Positions 19,190 to 30,460 are shown, numbered from the stretch's first letter. The stretch is 64,000 bases of DNA from an uncultured Gemmatimonadaceae bacterium (GCA_963817955.1 CAWFQK010000002.1:320001-384000); one strand, 5' to 3'. Numbers and translations are program-made. The notes: generated from the letters alone by a model not told the origin.

Positions 19190-20526
19190 ACCGCCGCCGC
19201 CTTGCGCTTGCGCAGCGCGGTCTTGCTCGCCTGGAACAGTTGCGCCAGCGGAATCTTCGATGGGCAGACGTACGAGCAGGATCCGCACAACATGCAATCG
19301 AGGAGATGCATCTTCTCCATCTCTTCATAACGCGACATTCGCGCGAGCTCCGCGAGCGCCGACGGATTGAGAAAAATTGGACAGGCGTCCATGCAACTGC
19401 CACAGCGAATGCATGGATACGACGCCGGCGGGATGGTCTGCGATTTCGTGAGCACCACCACGCCGGTCGTGCCTTTCACGATCGGAACGTCCACGTTGCT
19501 CTGCGCCAGGCCCATCATCGGCCCGCCAAAGACAATCTCCTCCGCGTCCTCGGTGAGTCCGCCACAAGCACGCAGCACATCGCCCAGCTTGGTGCCTACG
19601 GGAACCATGAGGTTCGCTGGACGCCGGATGCCGGGGCCAGTGACCGTCACGATGCGCTCGACAAGGGGGAGCCCCGTGTCGAAAATTTCGGCAATCGATG
19701 CGGCCGACCCGACGTTCTGGACCACGACGCCCAACGAGATCGGTAGCTTGCCCGACGCGACCTCGCGGCCGGTGACCGTCTTGATCAGCATCTTCTCGGC
19801 GCCCTGCGGATACTTCACCGTCAGCGGCAGCACGGTCACATCGATATCCGTGGGTCGCGTGCGCTCCAACGCCTCGATCGCGTCCGGTTTGTTTCGCTCC
19901 ACGCCAATGACTACGCGCTTGGCGCCCAGCACCCGCATCATGATGCGTGCACCGAGGTGCACGCGTTCCGGGTACTCCACCATGGTGCGGTGATCGGTGG
20001 TCAGATATGGCTCGCACTCGGCGCCGTTGAGAATGATCGTCTCAACGGTGAACTCACGCGGAGGCGCGAGCTTCACGTGTGTGGGAAACGCGGCACCACC
20101 AAGTCCCACCACGCCGCCGCTCTGCACGGCACGCACGATGTCCTCGTTGCCGAGGTCCTCCCAGTGCGGAACCATGCGCGGCCGTGGCACCTGCGCCGAG
20201 AAGGGCGCAACGGCAATGCGAACGGCCGTGTCGACGCTGCCGTCGGGATGCGGCCACAATCCAACGCTCACCACACGGCCAGTGGCCGACGCGTGCACCG
20301 GCGCGGAAACGAAACCATCGGCTTCACCGATGACGTCGCCGCGCACCACGTAATCGCCGACGCGCACGACGAGTTTCGCCGGCTTGCCGGCGTGCTGCCG
20401 CAGCGGCAGCACGACTTCGCTCGGGAACGGCATCCGACGAATCGGAAGCGACGCCGTGGCGTCCTTCGTTGCCGGCGGATGAACGCCGTGTGAGAATCCG
20501 AGCGAGCGGAGACTAAAAACACTCAT
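19186..20526 (-). CDS. rnfC: Rnf complex subunit C
   Basis: 'GVHP', 'GLGGAAFPTHVKL', 'NGAECEPY', 'KYPQGAEK', 'GGPMMG', two 4Fe-4S motifs (CIRCGSC..CP, CMLCGSC..CP). Confidence 0.96.
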   Translation of the reverse strand: MSVFSLRSLGFSHGVHPPATKDATASLPIRRMPFPSEVVLPLRQHAGKPAKLVVRVGDYVVRGDVIGEADGFVSAPVHASATGRVVSVGLWPHPDGSVDTAVRIAVAPFSAQVPRPRMVPHWEDLGNEDIVRAVQSGGVVGLGGAAFPTHVKLAPPREFTVETIILNGAECEPYLTTDHRTMVEYPERVHLGARIMMRVLGAKRVVIGVERNKPDAIEALERTRPTDIDVTVLPLTVKYPQGAEKMLIKTVTGREVASGKLPISLGVVVQNVGSAASIAEIFDTGLPLVERIVTVTGPGIRRPANLMVPVGTKLGDVLRACGGLTEDAEEIVFGGPMMGLAQSNVDVPIVKGTTGVVVLTKSQTIPPASYPCIRCGSCMDACPIFLNPSALAELARMSRYEEMEKMHLLDCMLCGSCSYVCPSKIPLAQLFQASKTALRKRKAAAV

Positions 20527-20533
20527 TGATCGC

Positions 20534-23500
20534 TCAGTTGAAGGGCTCGGCGCGCTTGACCCACTTGGCGAGGTCTTTCTCCTTGGGGTTTCGCGGCGTA
20601 CCCGGGTGAATGATGCTCACAGGGCACCGTTCGGCGGCAGTGACCAACTGCTGGAACGTGCCGGCGGTTGGATCCTTCACCATGGCCTGTTTGCTGGCAT
20701 TGTAGCCGAACAGTTTTCCGTTCAGGTTGGTGCACTCGTTGCACGACGTGCAGCGATCTGACTCGATGTACGGATCCATCGAAAGTCCATCGGCCTCAGC
20801 GGCAGCGCTCGTCGGGGCGGCGACCACGACGGGTACTGGCGCCGTCATAACGGCGGCAGGCTTGGGCGCAACGAGCGTGGCCACCGGTGCCAGTGCCTCA
20901 ACGGCGAGGTCTGGCACGTGCGCCGCCGACTTACCGTTGCCGGTTGGTGACGCCGGCGCATGCACCGACGGCTCCTTCAGCAGCTCGTCGAACGACTTGC
21001 CTGCCCCGCGAGTCAGGAGCACATCTGCCATGCGCTTGGCCAACGCACGCGGATACGACACTCGCATGTCGGCAAGCTTGGCTTCGTAGTCGGCCTTGAG
21101 TGCGGCGATCTTCAGTTCGAATTGTGCTTCCACGTCACTGACGAGGCGATCGCGCACGGTCTTGGACGGCTCCAATCCCGCCAACTCCTTGAGCTGACCA
21201 AAGAACTGCTGCCGCTCCTCGGCGAGACGCGCGATTTCGATCGATACGGAGAGGCGAGCGAGATGCTTGCCGGCATCGATCGTGAGGATGTACGCCGTTT
21301 TGCCATCGCGGTCCTCGGTCGACAAGTCCAGGAACTCATGGAACGGGACCATGTCCTCATTCCATTGCTCGGCCGGTACGGGCTTGAAGTGCTTCTTGAA
21401 CCGTGCCTCGGTGGCTGCCCAGTCCGCGATCGTCAACGGCAGCGTCATCTGCTGCGGCTGCTCGGCCTCGTCGAGATAGTGGAGCGCGTATTCCGGCCAG
21501 CGCTGATCGAGCGCCGGATTGCCGTCGAGGGTCAATGAGTCGGAGAGCAGCGGCCCGGCATCGGGGTCGAACGTCATGAACGGGAAGGCACGCGATTCGA
21601 GCGCCAACCGTGCAGCCCGCACCGCCGAGTCGTCGGCGAGTCCGTGTTCCACCGGACAGGGCGTGTAGATGTTGAAGATGGCTGGCCGGCGTTTCTGCAG
21701 CCCGCGGAGCACCCCGCTCACGAGATGCGACGCGGAGGCTTGCGAGGATTGGTGCACGTATACACCGCGGTGCGCAATGGCGATGAGCGCCATCTCCTTG
21801 CGCACTTCGGTCTTGCCGTGCTGCGCGCGGCCGTAGGCCGCCATGTCCGACACCTGGCCGGTGAACCCGCTCGTGCAAGCTTGACCACCGGTGTTCGAAT
21901 ACACCTGCGTGTCGAGCACGATCACACGAATCGGCTTTCCAGAGGCCATCAGTCGAGAGAGGTTCTGGAATCCGATGTCGAGCATGGCACCATCGCCGCC
22001 CATTGCGACGATCGGCGGACAGAGGTCGAACTCGTCGTCAGTGAAGTGTTTCCAGTCGAGCGCAGCCAGCTCGGCCTCGTGCTGCGCCGCATCGTACTCG
22101 CCCGATGCCAGCAGCGCTGCACGACGCACAGCAATGAAGTTGTCCTCCATCTTGCGCATGTGGCCTTCGAACAGGCCAATCGCGAGCGACGGGGAGTCCT
22201 GGAAGAGGTGGTTCGCCCACGGGAAGGGATACGGGTTGTACGGGTACGTGCTCGCCCACACCGATGAGCAGCCCGTGCTGTTCGCCATTCCCATCAGGGC
22301 CCGGCCATTTCCACTCGGGCCTTCGGTGTAGCGCCACCGCAGGTCCTCCATCGCCCGCAAACTCTTGGTCAGACGCTCCACACTTTCTCGCTTGGCGGCG
22401 TCGATCGGGACCGGCATGGACCCGTTCCGTGCCGATGACGCGGCATCGAGATCGGCGTTCGAGGCCACGAGCACGCGCGCTTTTGCATCGAGCGTCGAGA
22501 TCAATTCGTCCAGGCGCGCAACGAACCGCTGGACCCGCGGACCCATCAGTCCATGGATGGCGGAGATCACGAGATGCACCGCGGTCTTCTCGCCGCAGCC
22601 CATACAGGCGCCATCGCCACCGACCATGGAGCGATAGGCCTCCTTCTTGAGCAGCAGCGTGGACAACACGCCAACGCCTTCGTCAATGTCGCGCACCGCC
22701 AGGAACCGGTCAGGCGTGTCCGGCAGCTTCTGCCAGAGCGCCCAATTGTGGCGCAGGCGCTTCACCACTGCGGGCTCCTGCTTCACCGTCACCAGGGCGC
22801 CGTCGGGACACACGGCGACGCAGAGGTTGCATCCTTTGCAGGCCTCGGGGTCGATCGTAATCGACAGCAATCCGCCGGTTCCAGCCTGCTTCGCTTCTGG
22901 GTTGCCGAAGAAAGCGGCGGTCTTGGCGACGGGGAAATCGGCGATCGTCGCTCGCAGCCGCGCAAAGTCGTCGGCCAGCGCGCTGCGCTTGTCGGCGTCC
23001 CAATTCAACTTCGCGACAACGTTTTGGTACGCCGTATCGAGCGTCGCGTCGAACGAGACGAAGGGTTCCATCTTCATCAGGCGACGCACTTCGGTAGCGA
23101 GATGCTTGGAGACCTGCTTCGCGCGATCGAGCGGACGCCCGTTCGCCGCAACCGCGAGTCCCACCTCGATGAGCTGATCGATCTCGGTCACGAGACCCGG
23201 AATCGCTGAATCCGGACACTGTGTCCAGCACTGGCTGCATCCCGTGCAGTTGCTCGCGATGAACTGCGGCACCTCGAGACGAACATCGGTCATGTCGCGC
23301 ACGACGCCGGTAACGGCGGGAATGGCGCTGATCGCGGCGAACGGGTCGGCAATGCCGTCGCTGCCGGTCTTATTGAGGAAGCAGACTTGTTCCCAGAAAC
23401 GTCCCTGGTTCGCGACTCCCTGGGCGGCATCCCGACAATCGAGCAGATCGGGAATGGTGGGGACGTCCGACTGTTCCGCTTCACCCAACGGCATCTTGGA

Positions 23501-25616
23501 GCAGTCCACGGCGCGTACTTCGTGGTAGCCGCGTTCGATCACGCGCAAATTGTCGGCGACGACACGATCGCCCAGTTTACTGAACTTCTTCGCGAGCTGC
23601 ACCTTGATACCCGCGAACAGCTTTGCTTCGTCGAAGCCTTCGCGCTCGGCGAGCGGAGAGACAGCGAAGAATGCGCCCATGAACGCCGCGCCCTGCATGC
23701 GATAGCGCAGCTCGACATCCGACGCCTCGGCGCCGGCAATGGCAAATCCATCGAGCAGGACAAGGCGAATCTTGCGATCGCGCAGCTCACGCCGCGCCCA
23801 TTGCGGGATCGACGTCCAGAACGCCTCGGCCGATGCGTCGCTCTGAATCACGAAAGCACCACCGTCGGCGAGTCCGGCGAGCGGATTCGAATGCCGGAAC
23901 ACGTTGGGATCGGGCGACAACGAAACGTCCACGTGCGTCAACTCGCAGTTGAGCCGATTCGGCTCGTGCGAGAAGGTGGCGTAGAACGTCGTCGGCTGGC
24001 CCTTCTTCTCCGAGCCGTACTTGGGATTCGCCTTCACGCTCAGGTGCATCAGGTCGAATACCGTACCAGCCAGATTCTTTCCCATCGTGATCGCGCCCCA
24101 TCCACCAACGGAATGGATGCGCACGGCGACGGAGTCCTTTGGCAGCAAGTTGACGTCGCCCGCCCTGGGCAGCGACAGCTCGGCGAGGTGCGGATAGCCG
24201 TCCTGCAGTTGCTGCTGGAGGATCTCGAGCTTTGGGAGCTTGGTGTTCGGACGGATGAAGTCGATGCCCAGGTAGAACTGCCGGCGGCGGTCACCGGCCT
24301 CCAGCATGTTGTTGACGGCAGCGATGATGTCGCCAGGCTGAAGATCGCGGCTGCCAAGTCCGAAACAGCCGGAGTAGAACTCTGGCATTTCCTGCGGCTG
24401 CACCGCGGCAAGGCCGGCATGCGGTACGGCGGCCTTCGCTCCAGCGCGTCCGTTCTCCATGCCCTGCGTCATGGCGGCGCGCATCTCCCGCAGTAACGGC
24501 GGGTCGATGGCGAGCGGCTGATCGAGGCGTTCGAGCACGGTGACCCCGCGCTTGCCGCGCAGCAGTCGTGTCACGAGATCGGCAGGGAACGGCCGGAACA
24601 TCGTGAAGTTGAGCACGCCAATGCGCAGACCCTTCGTCTCGCGCAGGTAATCGGCAACCGCTTCGGCGTTGCTGATCACTGAGCCCTGTCCGGCGAGCAC
24701 GTATTCCGCGTCGTCCAGACGATAGCCCTCGACGCGCGCGTAGTGACGGCCGGTGAGACGCTCGAATTCCTCGAAGGCCTGATCGGCGAGCCCAGCGATG
24801 TGGTCGAAATAGAATGGACGCTGCGCGGCGACGCCTTGCGCATAGCTGTCCTGATTCTGCACCACGCCCAGCATGGCGGGGTAGTCAAAGTCGAACATCT
24901 CGGGGATCGCGGCGCCGCTGCTCGCCGAACACCAGGCGTTGCGCAGCGGTGGGAGATTGAATGATGTCCGCCGGATCCCCCAGAAATGCCTTCACGAGTT
25001 CGCGCTCAGGCAACAGCAGCGACTCGATGACGTGGCTCGTCAGAAATCCATCTTGCGCACAGATGCCAGGGTTGAGCGACAGTTCGGCAACGCGATGCGC
25101 AATGAGATTGAGGTCGGCGCCCTGCTGGACGTCCTTGGCGAAGAGCTGGAAGAACCCCGTGTCATCGACGGCGTGATAATCGTCGTGGCCGGCATGCACG
25201 TTCAGCGCATGCTTCGTCATGGCACGCGCCGCAACGTTCAACACATAGGTCAACCGCTTGCCGACGGCCGCGTACAGCGACTCGTGCATGTAGGCGATTC
25301 CCTGCCCACTCGAGAAGTTCGCGGCACGCAGGCCCATCATGCTCATACCCGTGGTGACCGCGGCAGCAGCGTGTTCACCCTCGGGTTCGAAAAACAACAA
25401 CCGCCGGCCGTTCACGTTCGTTCGCCCTTCGGCTACCGCTTGTGCCCATCCCTCGCCCATTTGCGTAGACGGCGTGATGGGATAGGCACCGGCAGCTTCA
25501 CTCGCCGCGGTCTCCATCGCGACGACGGCAGTGCTGCCGTCCATCGCCTGACGGACACCGGGGAACGGAGGAGGCGTCTCGATCTTCGGCGCGGCGGATT
25601 TCGACCAGAACTTCAT
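20534..25616 (-). CDS. Giant pyruvate:ferredoxin/flavodoxin oxidoreductase-like protein (~1690 aa) with an extra C-terminal ferredoxin; split by a +1 insertion at ~24908
   Basis: 'YPITP', 'NVAAR', 'FRPFP', 'YGSEKKG', CTGCSQC..CP, CKGCNLC..CP, 'CMGCGE', 'TGCSSVW', 'GGDG', 'YSNTGGQ', C-terminal CTSCNEC...CP; deleting one base gives ...EQRRRIPEMFDFDY. Confidence 0.85.
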
Positions 25617-26479
25617 GCGCGTGCACTCCCGGTTAACGCCGGCACGCCAGGCACTGCCGGGCGGCTGGCAAACTGCGCTCCGTCGACCCAAACGATCGCG
25701 CCCGTGGGGCAGCGCCGAATAGCCGACGAGTTGGCGGATTCATTCATTTCGTAATGCACCTTGGCCGCGCCACGCTCGATGGTGATGAGCCCCGGCGCAG
25801 CGTCGAGCACACACCTGCCGCACGCCGTACAGGCCACCGCACAGGACGCGAGCGCGTCATCTCCCTCGATCTGGCTGCGGCACTGCACGAGCAGCCGTTG
25901 ATCGAGCGGAATGATCTCGAACAGGTTCTTGGGACAGGCGTCGACGCAATCACCACACGCCGTGCAGAGATTGACGTCCACCACCGGAAGCCCAACCGCG
26001 CTCATGGTGATGGCGCCGAACGAGCACGAGGCGCCGCAATCAGCCAAACCGAGGCACCCCCACGCACATCCCTTCCCACCGCCGGCGACCGAGGCCGCCG
26101 CACTGCAGGTCTGCAATCCGCGATACTCCGCCTGTACGGTGGTGACATTGCTGCCACCGGCGCAGAGCAATCGCGCCACTCGCTTATTCGCTGCGCCCTT
26201 GTCGACGCCGAGGTATTCGGCGATCGCCGTCGCCCCTTCGTCGTTCAGGACGTTGCACCCTGCCGGATTCACGACGCCGGCTACGGCCTGTTCGGCGAAC
26301 CCGCGGCAGCCGGGGAAACCGCATGCGCCGCAGTTCGCACCCGGCAGCATCGACACGACCATGTCGATGCGCGGGTCTTCGTTCACGCGCAGCTTCCAGT
26401 ACGCCAGCGCGATAATGACGGCGAACACCAACCCGACCCCGCCAAGGATCTCGACCGACCCAATGAGTTGCTGCAACAT
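25613..26479 (-). CDS. rnfB: Rnf complex subunit B
   Basis: N-terminal TM helix, 'LPGANCGACGFPGC', 'CAWGCLGLADC', 'CTACGDCVDACP', further Fe-S motifs. Confidence 0.94.
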   Translation of the reverse strand: MLQQLIGSVEILGGVGLVFAVIIALAYWKLRVNEDPRIDMVVSMLPGANCGACGFPGCRGFAEQAVAGVVNPAGCNVLNDEGATAIAEYLGVDKGAANKRVARLLCAGGSNVTTVQAEYRGLQTCSAAASVAGGGKGCAWGCLGLADCGASCSFGAITMSAVGLPVVDVNLCTACGDCVDACPKNLFEIIPLDQRLLVQCRSQIEGDDALASCAVACTACGRCVLDAAPGLITIERGAAKVHYEMNESANSSAIRRCPTGAIVWVDGAQFASRPAVPGVPALTGSARA

Positions 26480-26483
26480 TGGA

Positions 26484-27470
26484 TCAGTTCACGCCATCAA
26501 TGCCACTCTGAGCGAGCAGCCAGGAGGCGAGGCGATCCGCTGGATCGCCGCTTCCTGCGGGAACGAACCCGTCCACTGGCGTCGAGTTGATTGACGGCCG
26601 TTCGGCCAATGCTTCGAGCTGCCGCAGCTCATCACGCAGCTGCGCAGGGCTGCACCCGGCGATCGAACGACGTGGATCCGCCGCCGGCCGGTGCCAGACA
26701 TTCAGGCGCTGCCATGGTGCGCGGCCGCGCTCGGGATCGTGGAGGAAACACGCTGCGTCGTCGGAAACCAGGGCAGCGATCGCGGGGCCACTGTACGCTG
26801 CAAACCGGTCGAGTCCGGTGGCGTCGTTCGTCTGCAGCACGAGGGTGTTCGGCGTAATCAACCGCACCAGTGACGCCGGCGGACAGGCGCCGCGGACGAC
26901 GAGCACGATATGCATGTCGCCATCGAGCAGGTGGGCGAGGGTGCCGGCGTGCAGATCGGCGCCATCGAGCGTAACGACGATCGGCGGCGCCTGCCGCCGT
27001 TCCTCTGTCGTCCAGCGATCAAACCCCCAAGCTTCCGCGAGGGAATCGTGCTGGGCGGCACGATAGCGCTCGGTGCGCACCAGATCCGCTGCCGTCACCG
27101 CACCGAATGCCCGGCCGAAACTGGACAGCGTGCTCTGAACAACTCTATCGAGCGCTTCGCCGGAGCGCAGCTCCGTCACGAAGCTCTCATCCGGTGTCGC
27201 GGTGATCTCGCGCAGGACGTCGGCCGCTTTGGCCAACCGTGCGCGCGCCGCAGCGTCAAAGGCCACACCGCGCGACAGGGTCGCGAAGCGCACCCCATCA
27301 ATGCGTCCGCTGGCGAATGCACCCAGCTCCAACGCCGCGCGCTCAGAGGTGGACGCCGAGGACATGACGCCCTCGACGCGCGCGAGAGAGCGGACGGCCG
27401 CTGACCGAAATACCGCCAGCGGCGTCTTGATGGACGCGAGTGCCCGCTGAACGCGTTCGTCAGACGGCAT
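26484..27470 (-). CDS. Hypothetical protein (328 aa) inside the oxidoreductase-rnf operon
   Basis: Start overlaps the end of the beta-subunit gene and it fills the gap to rnfB; no motif recognised. Confidence 0.7.
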   Translation of the reverse strand: MPSDERVQRALASIKTPLAVFRSAAVRSLARVEGVMSSASTSERAALELGAFASGRIDGVRFATLSRGVAFDAAARARLAKAADVLREITATPDESFVTELRSGEALDRVVQSTLSSFGRAFGAVTAADLVRTERYRAAQHDSLAEAWGFDRWTTEERRQAPPIVVTLDGADLHAGTLAHLLDGDMHIVLVVRGACPPASLVRLITPNTLVLQTNDATGLDRFAAYSGPAIAALVSDDAACFLHDPERGRAPWQRLNVWHRPAADPRRSIAGCSPAQLRDELRQLEALAERPSINSTPVDGFVPAGSGDPADRLASWLLAQSGIDGVN

Positions 27471-28416
27471 ATTTGTCGAGCTCCGCGTTGAGAAGGGCCA
27501 TGCGCTCGGAGGAGGAAATCTTTCGCGGCCGACGGATTTCGTCGTACCGCGGACGGTTTTCGTCGCGGAAGAAGACGCCGAGCCGAATCTGGTCACTGGT
27601 TTCCGCCAGGCGACGCGCCGCGTCGATATCCGACGGATCGTGGGTGAGTCGGTGGCGATACACCTTGTCGAGATCGGGGACCGTAATCCCATCGTCGTGC
27701 ACGAGCAGCTCGGTGAGATTCGGATCCTTCACCGCCCGCTCATAGAGCGACGACGTGAACATGGGGCAGCGTTGCAGGACCCGCACGAAGCTCAATCCCT
27801 TGTGCTGGTACGCCGCCCGCAGCGTGGCGTAAAGATGTGCCGGAATCCACTCCGCCGTCTGCGCGACAAACGAGACGTTGGTTACCCCGAGCGTGGTCAC
27901 GAGCGGGTTGATCGGCGGCAAGTAACTGCCGGTGGGCTGCGTATTGGTCTTGAACCCCCGCGGCGTGGTAGGCGAGGTCTGTTTCTTGGTCAGCCCGTAG
28001 ATGCTGTTGTCGAGCAGCATCGCGACCATGTTCATGTTGTACCGGATGGCATGCACCCAGTGCGCTGCGCCGATCGACGTGCAGTCGCCGTCGCCCATGA
28101 CGACGAACACCTTGAGATCGGGGCGGTTCAGCTTGATGCCGGTGGCGACTGGGAATGCGCGGCCGTGAATGCCGTGAAAACCGTAGGTCTTCAGATAGTG
28201 CGGAAAACGACTCGAGCACCCGATGCCGGACACGAACATCGTCTGCTCGGGCTTGAGTTGTTCGGAAACAAGCAGCCGCTGTACGGCGGTGAGCACAGAA
28301 TGATCTCCGCACCCTGGGCACCAGCGCGCGGTGGGGCCTTCATAATCGCCGAGCGCAAATACCCGTTCGTCCTCGTCGAGCGGGCCGGCTGGCAAGAAGC
28401 TACAGCATTCGCTCAT
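27460..28416 (-). CDS. 2-oxoacid:ferredoxin oxidoreductase beta subunit (KorB-like, TPP-binding)
   Basis: 'WCPGCGD', 'SGIGCSSR', 'HGRA', 'GDGD', 'NSIYGLTKKQTSPT'. Confidence 0.93.
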   Translation of the reverse strand: MSECCSFLPAGPLDEDERVFALGDYEGPTARWCPGCGDHSVLTAVQRLLVSEQLKPEQTMFVSGIGCSSRFPHYLKTYGFHGIHGRAFPVATGIKLNRPDLKVFVVMGDGDCTSIGAAHWVHAIRYNMNMVAMLLDNSIYGLTKKQTSPTTPRGFKTNTQPTGSYLPPINPLVTTLGVTNVSFVAQTAEWIPAHLYATLRAAYQHKGLSFVRVLQRCPMFTSSLYERAVKDPNLTELLVHDDGITVPDLDKVYRHRLTHDPSDIDAARRLAETSDQIRLGVFFRDENRPRYDEIRRPRKISSSERMALLNAELDKYAV

Positions 28417-30344
28417 AGCACATCTCCTTCGGTGGTCGCGCGCGCGGCGGGAGTGGCGAGGGTGGCGCGGATCACGTCGGCAAGGACTCCCGGGCGCAAC
28501 GGCTCGCCGGGCACGCGGGTCCAACAGTCCACATCGACCAGTGTTTGGGCGCGCAACAGCCACGCAAGCTGACCGCGGCGGCGATTTTCATCGGTGATGA
28601 ACGGATCCGACGGGTCATCGCTGTAGTTGAGCTCCACAGTCATGACCTTGGCGAAGCGCTTGAAGATTGCCTTGAGTCCGGGCTCGAGCGGCGACAGGAA
28701 GGTGAGGTGGAGAGACGAAACGCTGAGTCCTTCGGCGCGTGAGCGCTCCACGGCTTCCTCGATCGCGCCGCGGGTACTGCCCCATCCCACGATCAGCAGG
28801 TCGCCGGTATCGTCCCCGTTCACGGTTGGTGGCAGCATCATCTGCTGCAAGACTGCGAACTTGCGGCTGCGCATCGTCGAGCTGTGTTGGTGGACGCCGG
28901 AGCTGTATGCCACCTTGCTCCGTTCGTCGTGCGCCAGGCCCGTCACGGTGTGCATCCCCCCCGGCTGTCCCGGGAGAATCCGTGTGGAGAGTCCGAGCCG
29001 TGCGTCCCAGTCGTACGGGAGCGCGCCGTTGGCGACCGGCACCATGTCCGGCTCCGGGGCCTGCCACTCCGCGAGCAGCGTCGGCCGTGGGAACGGCTGG
29101 ACGCCGGTCGCAAGGTTCGCGTCGCTCAGCACCATCACGACCGCGCGGAATGTCTCCGCAAGCCGGCGTGCCGTGACGACGGCGTGGAAACATTCCTCGA
29201 TGGTGGATGGCGCGATCACGATGCGCGGCGCATCACCCGTTTGCGCGAACAACGCCGCGAAGAGGTCGGATTGCTCGACCTTCGTCGGCAGGCCCGTGCT
29301 CGGGCCGCCGCGCTGTACTTCGATCACGACGAGCGGGATCTCGGTCATGATGGCAAGACCAATGAACTCGGTCTTGAGCGCCAATCCGGGGCCCGATGTA
29401 ACGGTAAAGGCCACCTTTCCGGAGTACGACGCGCCAATCGCCACGCCAGCCGCGGCGATCTCGTCCTCGGCCTGGTGGAGGATGCCGCCGAACTTCTCGA
29501 ACACGTCGGCCAGGAAGTGCGACACGGAAGTGGCCGGCGTGATCGGATACATGGCGCACAGCTCCATGCCCGACGCCAGCGCGCCCATTGCCAACGCCTC
29601 GTTGCCATTCATGACGACGAGCGGCACATCGGACGTCCGCGTGGCAACGTCAATGCGGAAATCAAGGTGCGTCGATGCCCATTCATAGCCGAGACGCATC
29701 AATGCAACGCAGCGCTGATAGACCTCCTCCGACTTCTTGCGGAAGGCGTAGGCGATCTGTTCATCGATACGCACCAGATCACGATCGTAGATCCAGGCCA
29801 GCATACCGAGGGCAAACATGTTCTTGCCCTTCTTGGGATTCTCGTCGATGGTGAGGCATTGCTCCTCCATCGGGACTTCGATGATCCGGTACTGGCTGGT
29901 CGCCAGTTCGGCCATCACGGCTTCCCAAGCAGCCCGCACGTCCGGATTGGAGTGCGACGCCCAGAGGTTCTCGACGAGAATGATGGCGTCGGGTGCCAGC
30001 GCGCCTAGTCGATGCCGCGATAGTAGCACCTGCTCATTGAAGGCAACCAGCAGTTGGACGGCGTCACCCCAATTTGTGACGGGCCCAGAGCCGATGCGGA
30101 TGCGGTTTCCGCTGGCGCCCTCCGGAGTTCGTGGCGGTGGTTGGATTTCGGCCGGAATGATCTCGACCGTCCAGACGCCATTGCCCATCTTGGCGGATAC
30201 TGCACCAAAGATTTGGCCGCACTTTTGTGCCCCTTCACCAGAATCCGAGACTATTTCGACGGTGTGTTCGGGCAGGTGCAGCGTTGTATGGTGCAACGAG
30301 TTAGCCAACGCAGAGTCGGCTATCGTGGTAATCGACTGTGCCAT
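28413..30344 (-). CDS. 2-oxoacid:ferredoxin oxidoreductase alpha subunit (gamma-alpha fusion, KorA-like)
   Basis: 'DSGEG', 'KNMFALG', 'GNEALA', 'YPITPAT', 'QAEDEIAA', 'TSGPG', 'QRGGPSTGLPT'. Confidence 0.93.
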   Translation of the reverse strand: MAQSITTIADSALANSLHHTTLHLPEHTVEIVSDSGEGAQKCGQIFGAVSAKMGNGVWTVEIIPAEIQPPPRTPEGASGNRIRIGSGPVTNWGDAVQLLVAFNEQVLLSRHRLGALAPDAIILVENLWASHSNPDVRAAWEAVMAELATSQYRIIEVPMEEQCLTIDENPKKGKNMFALGMLAWIYDRDLVRIDEQIAYAFRKKSEEVYQRCVALMRLGYEWASTHLDFRIDVATRTSDVPLVVMNGNEALAMGALASGMELCAMYPITPATSVSHFLADVFEKFGGILHQAEDEIAAAGVAIGASYSGKVAFTVTSGPGLALKTEFIGLAIMTEIPLVVIEVQRGGPSTGLPTKVEQSDLFAALFAQTGDAPRIVIAPSTIEECFHAVVTARRLAETFRAVVMVLSDANLATGVQPFPRPTLLAEWQAPEPDMVPVANGALPYDWDARLGLSTRILPGQPGGMHTVTGLAHDERSKVAYSSGVHQHSSTMRSRKFAVLQQMMLPPTVNGDDTGDLLIVGWGSTRGAIEEAVERSRAEGLSVSSLHLTFLSPLEPGLKAIFKRFAKVMTVELNYSDDPSDPFITDENRRRGQLAWLLRAQTLVDVDCWTRVPGEPLRPGVLADVIRATLATPAARATTEGDVL

Positions 30345-30390
30345 GTGCGGTTCACTTCCCCGAGTGATGGATCGCAATGCGTTTAGTGTT

Positions 30391-30422
30391 AGTCAGGACG
30401 TACCCTAGCTTCAGTCAGGACG
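30391..30422. promoter_or_regulatory. Direct repeat AGTCAGGACG x2 (22-bp period) upstream of the oxidoreductase-rnf operon
   Basis: 30391-30400 and 30413-30422 are identical; regulatory role inferred. Confidence 0.45.
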
Positions 30423-30460
30423 CGCCCACTTTTCTGTAAGGGATTCGCTGATGGCGAATC

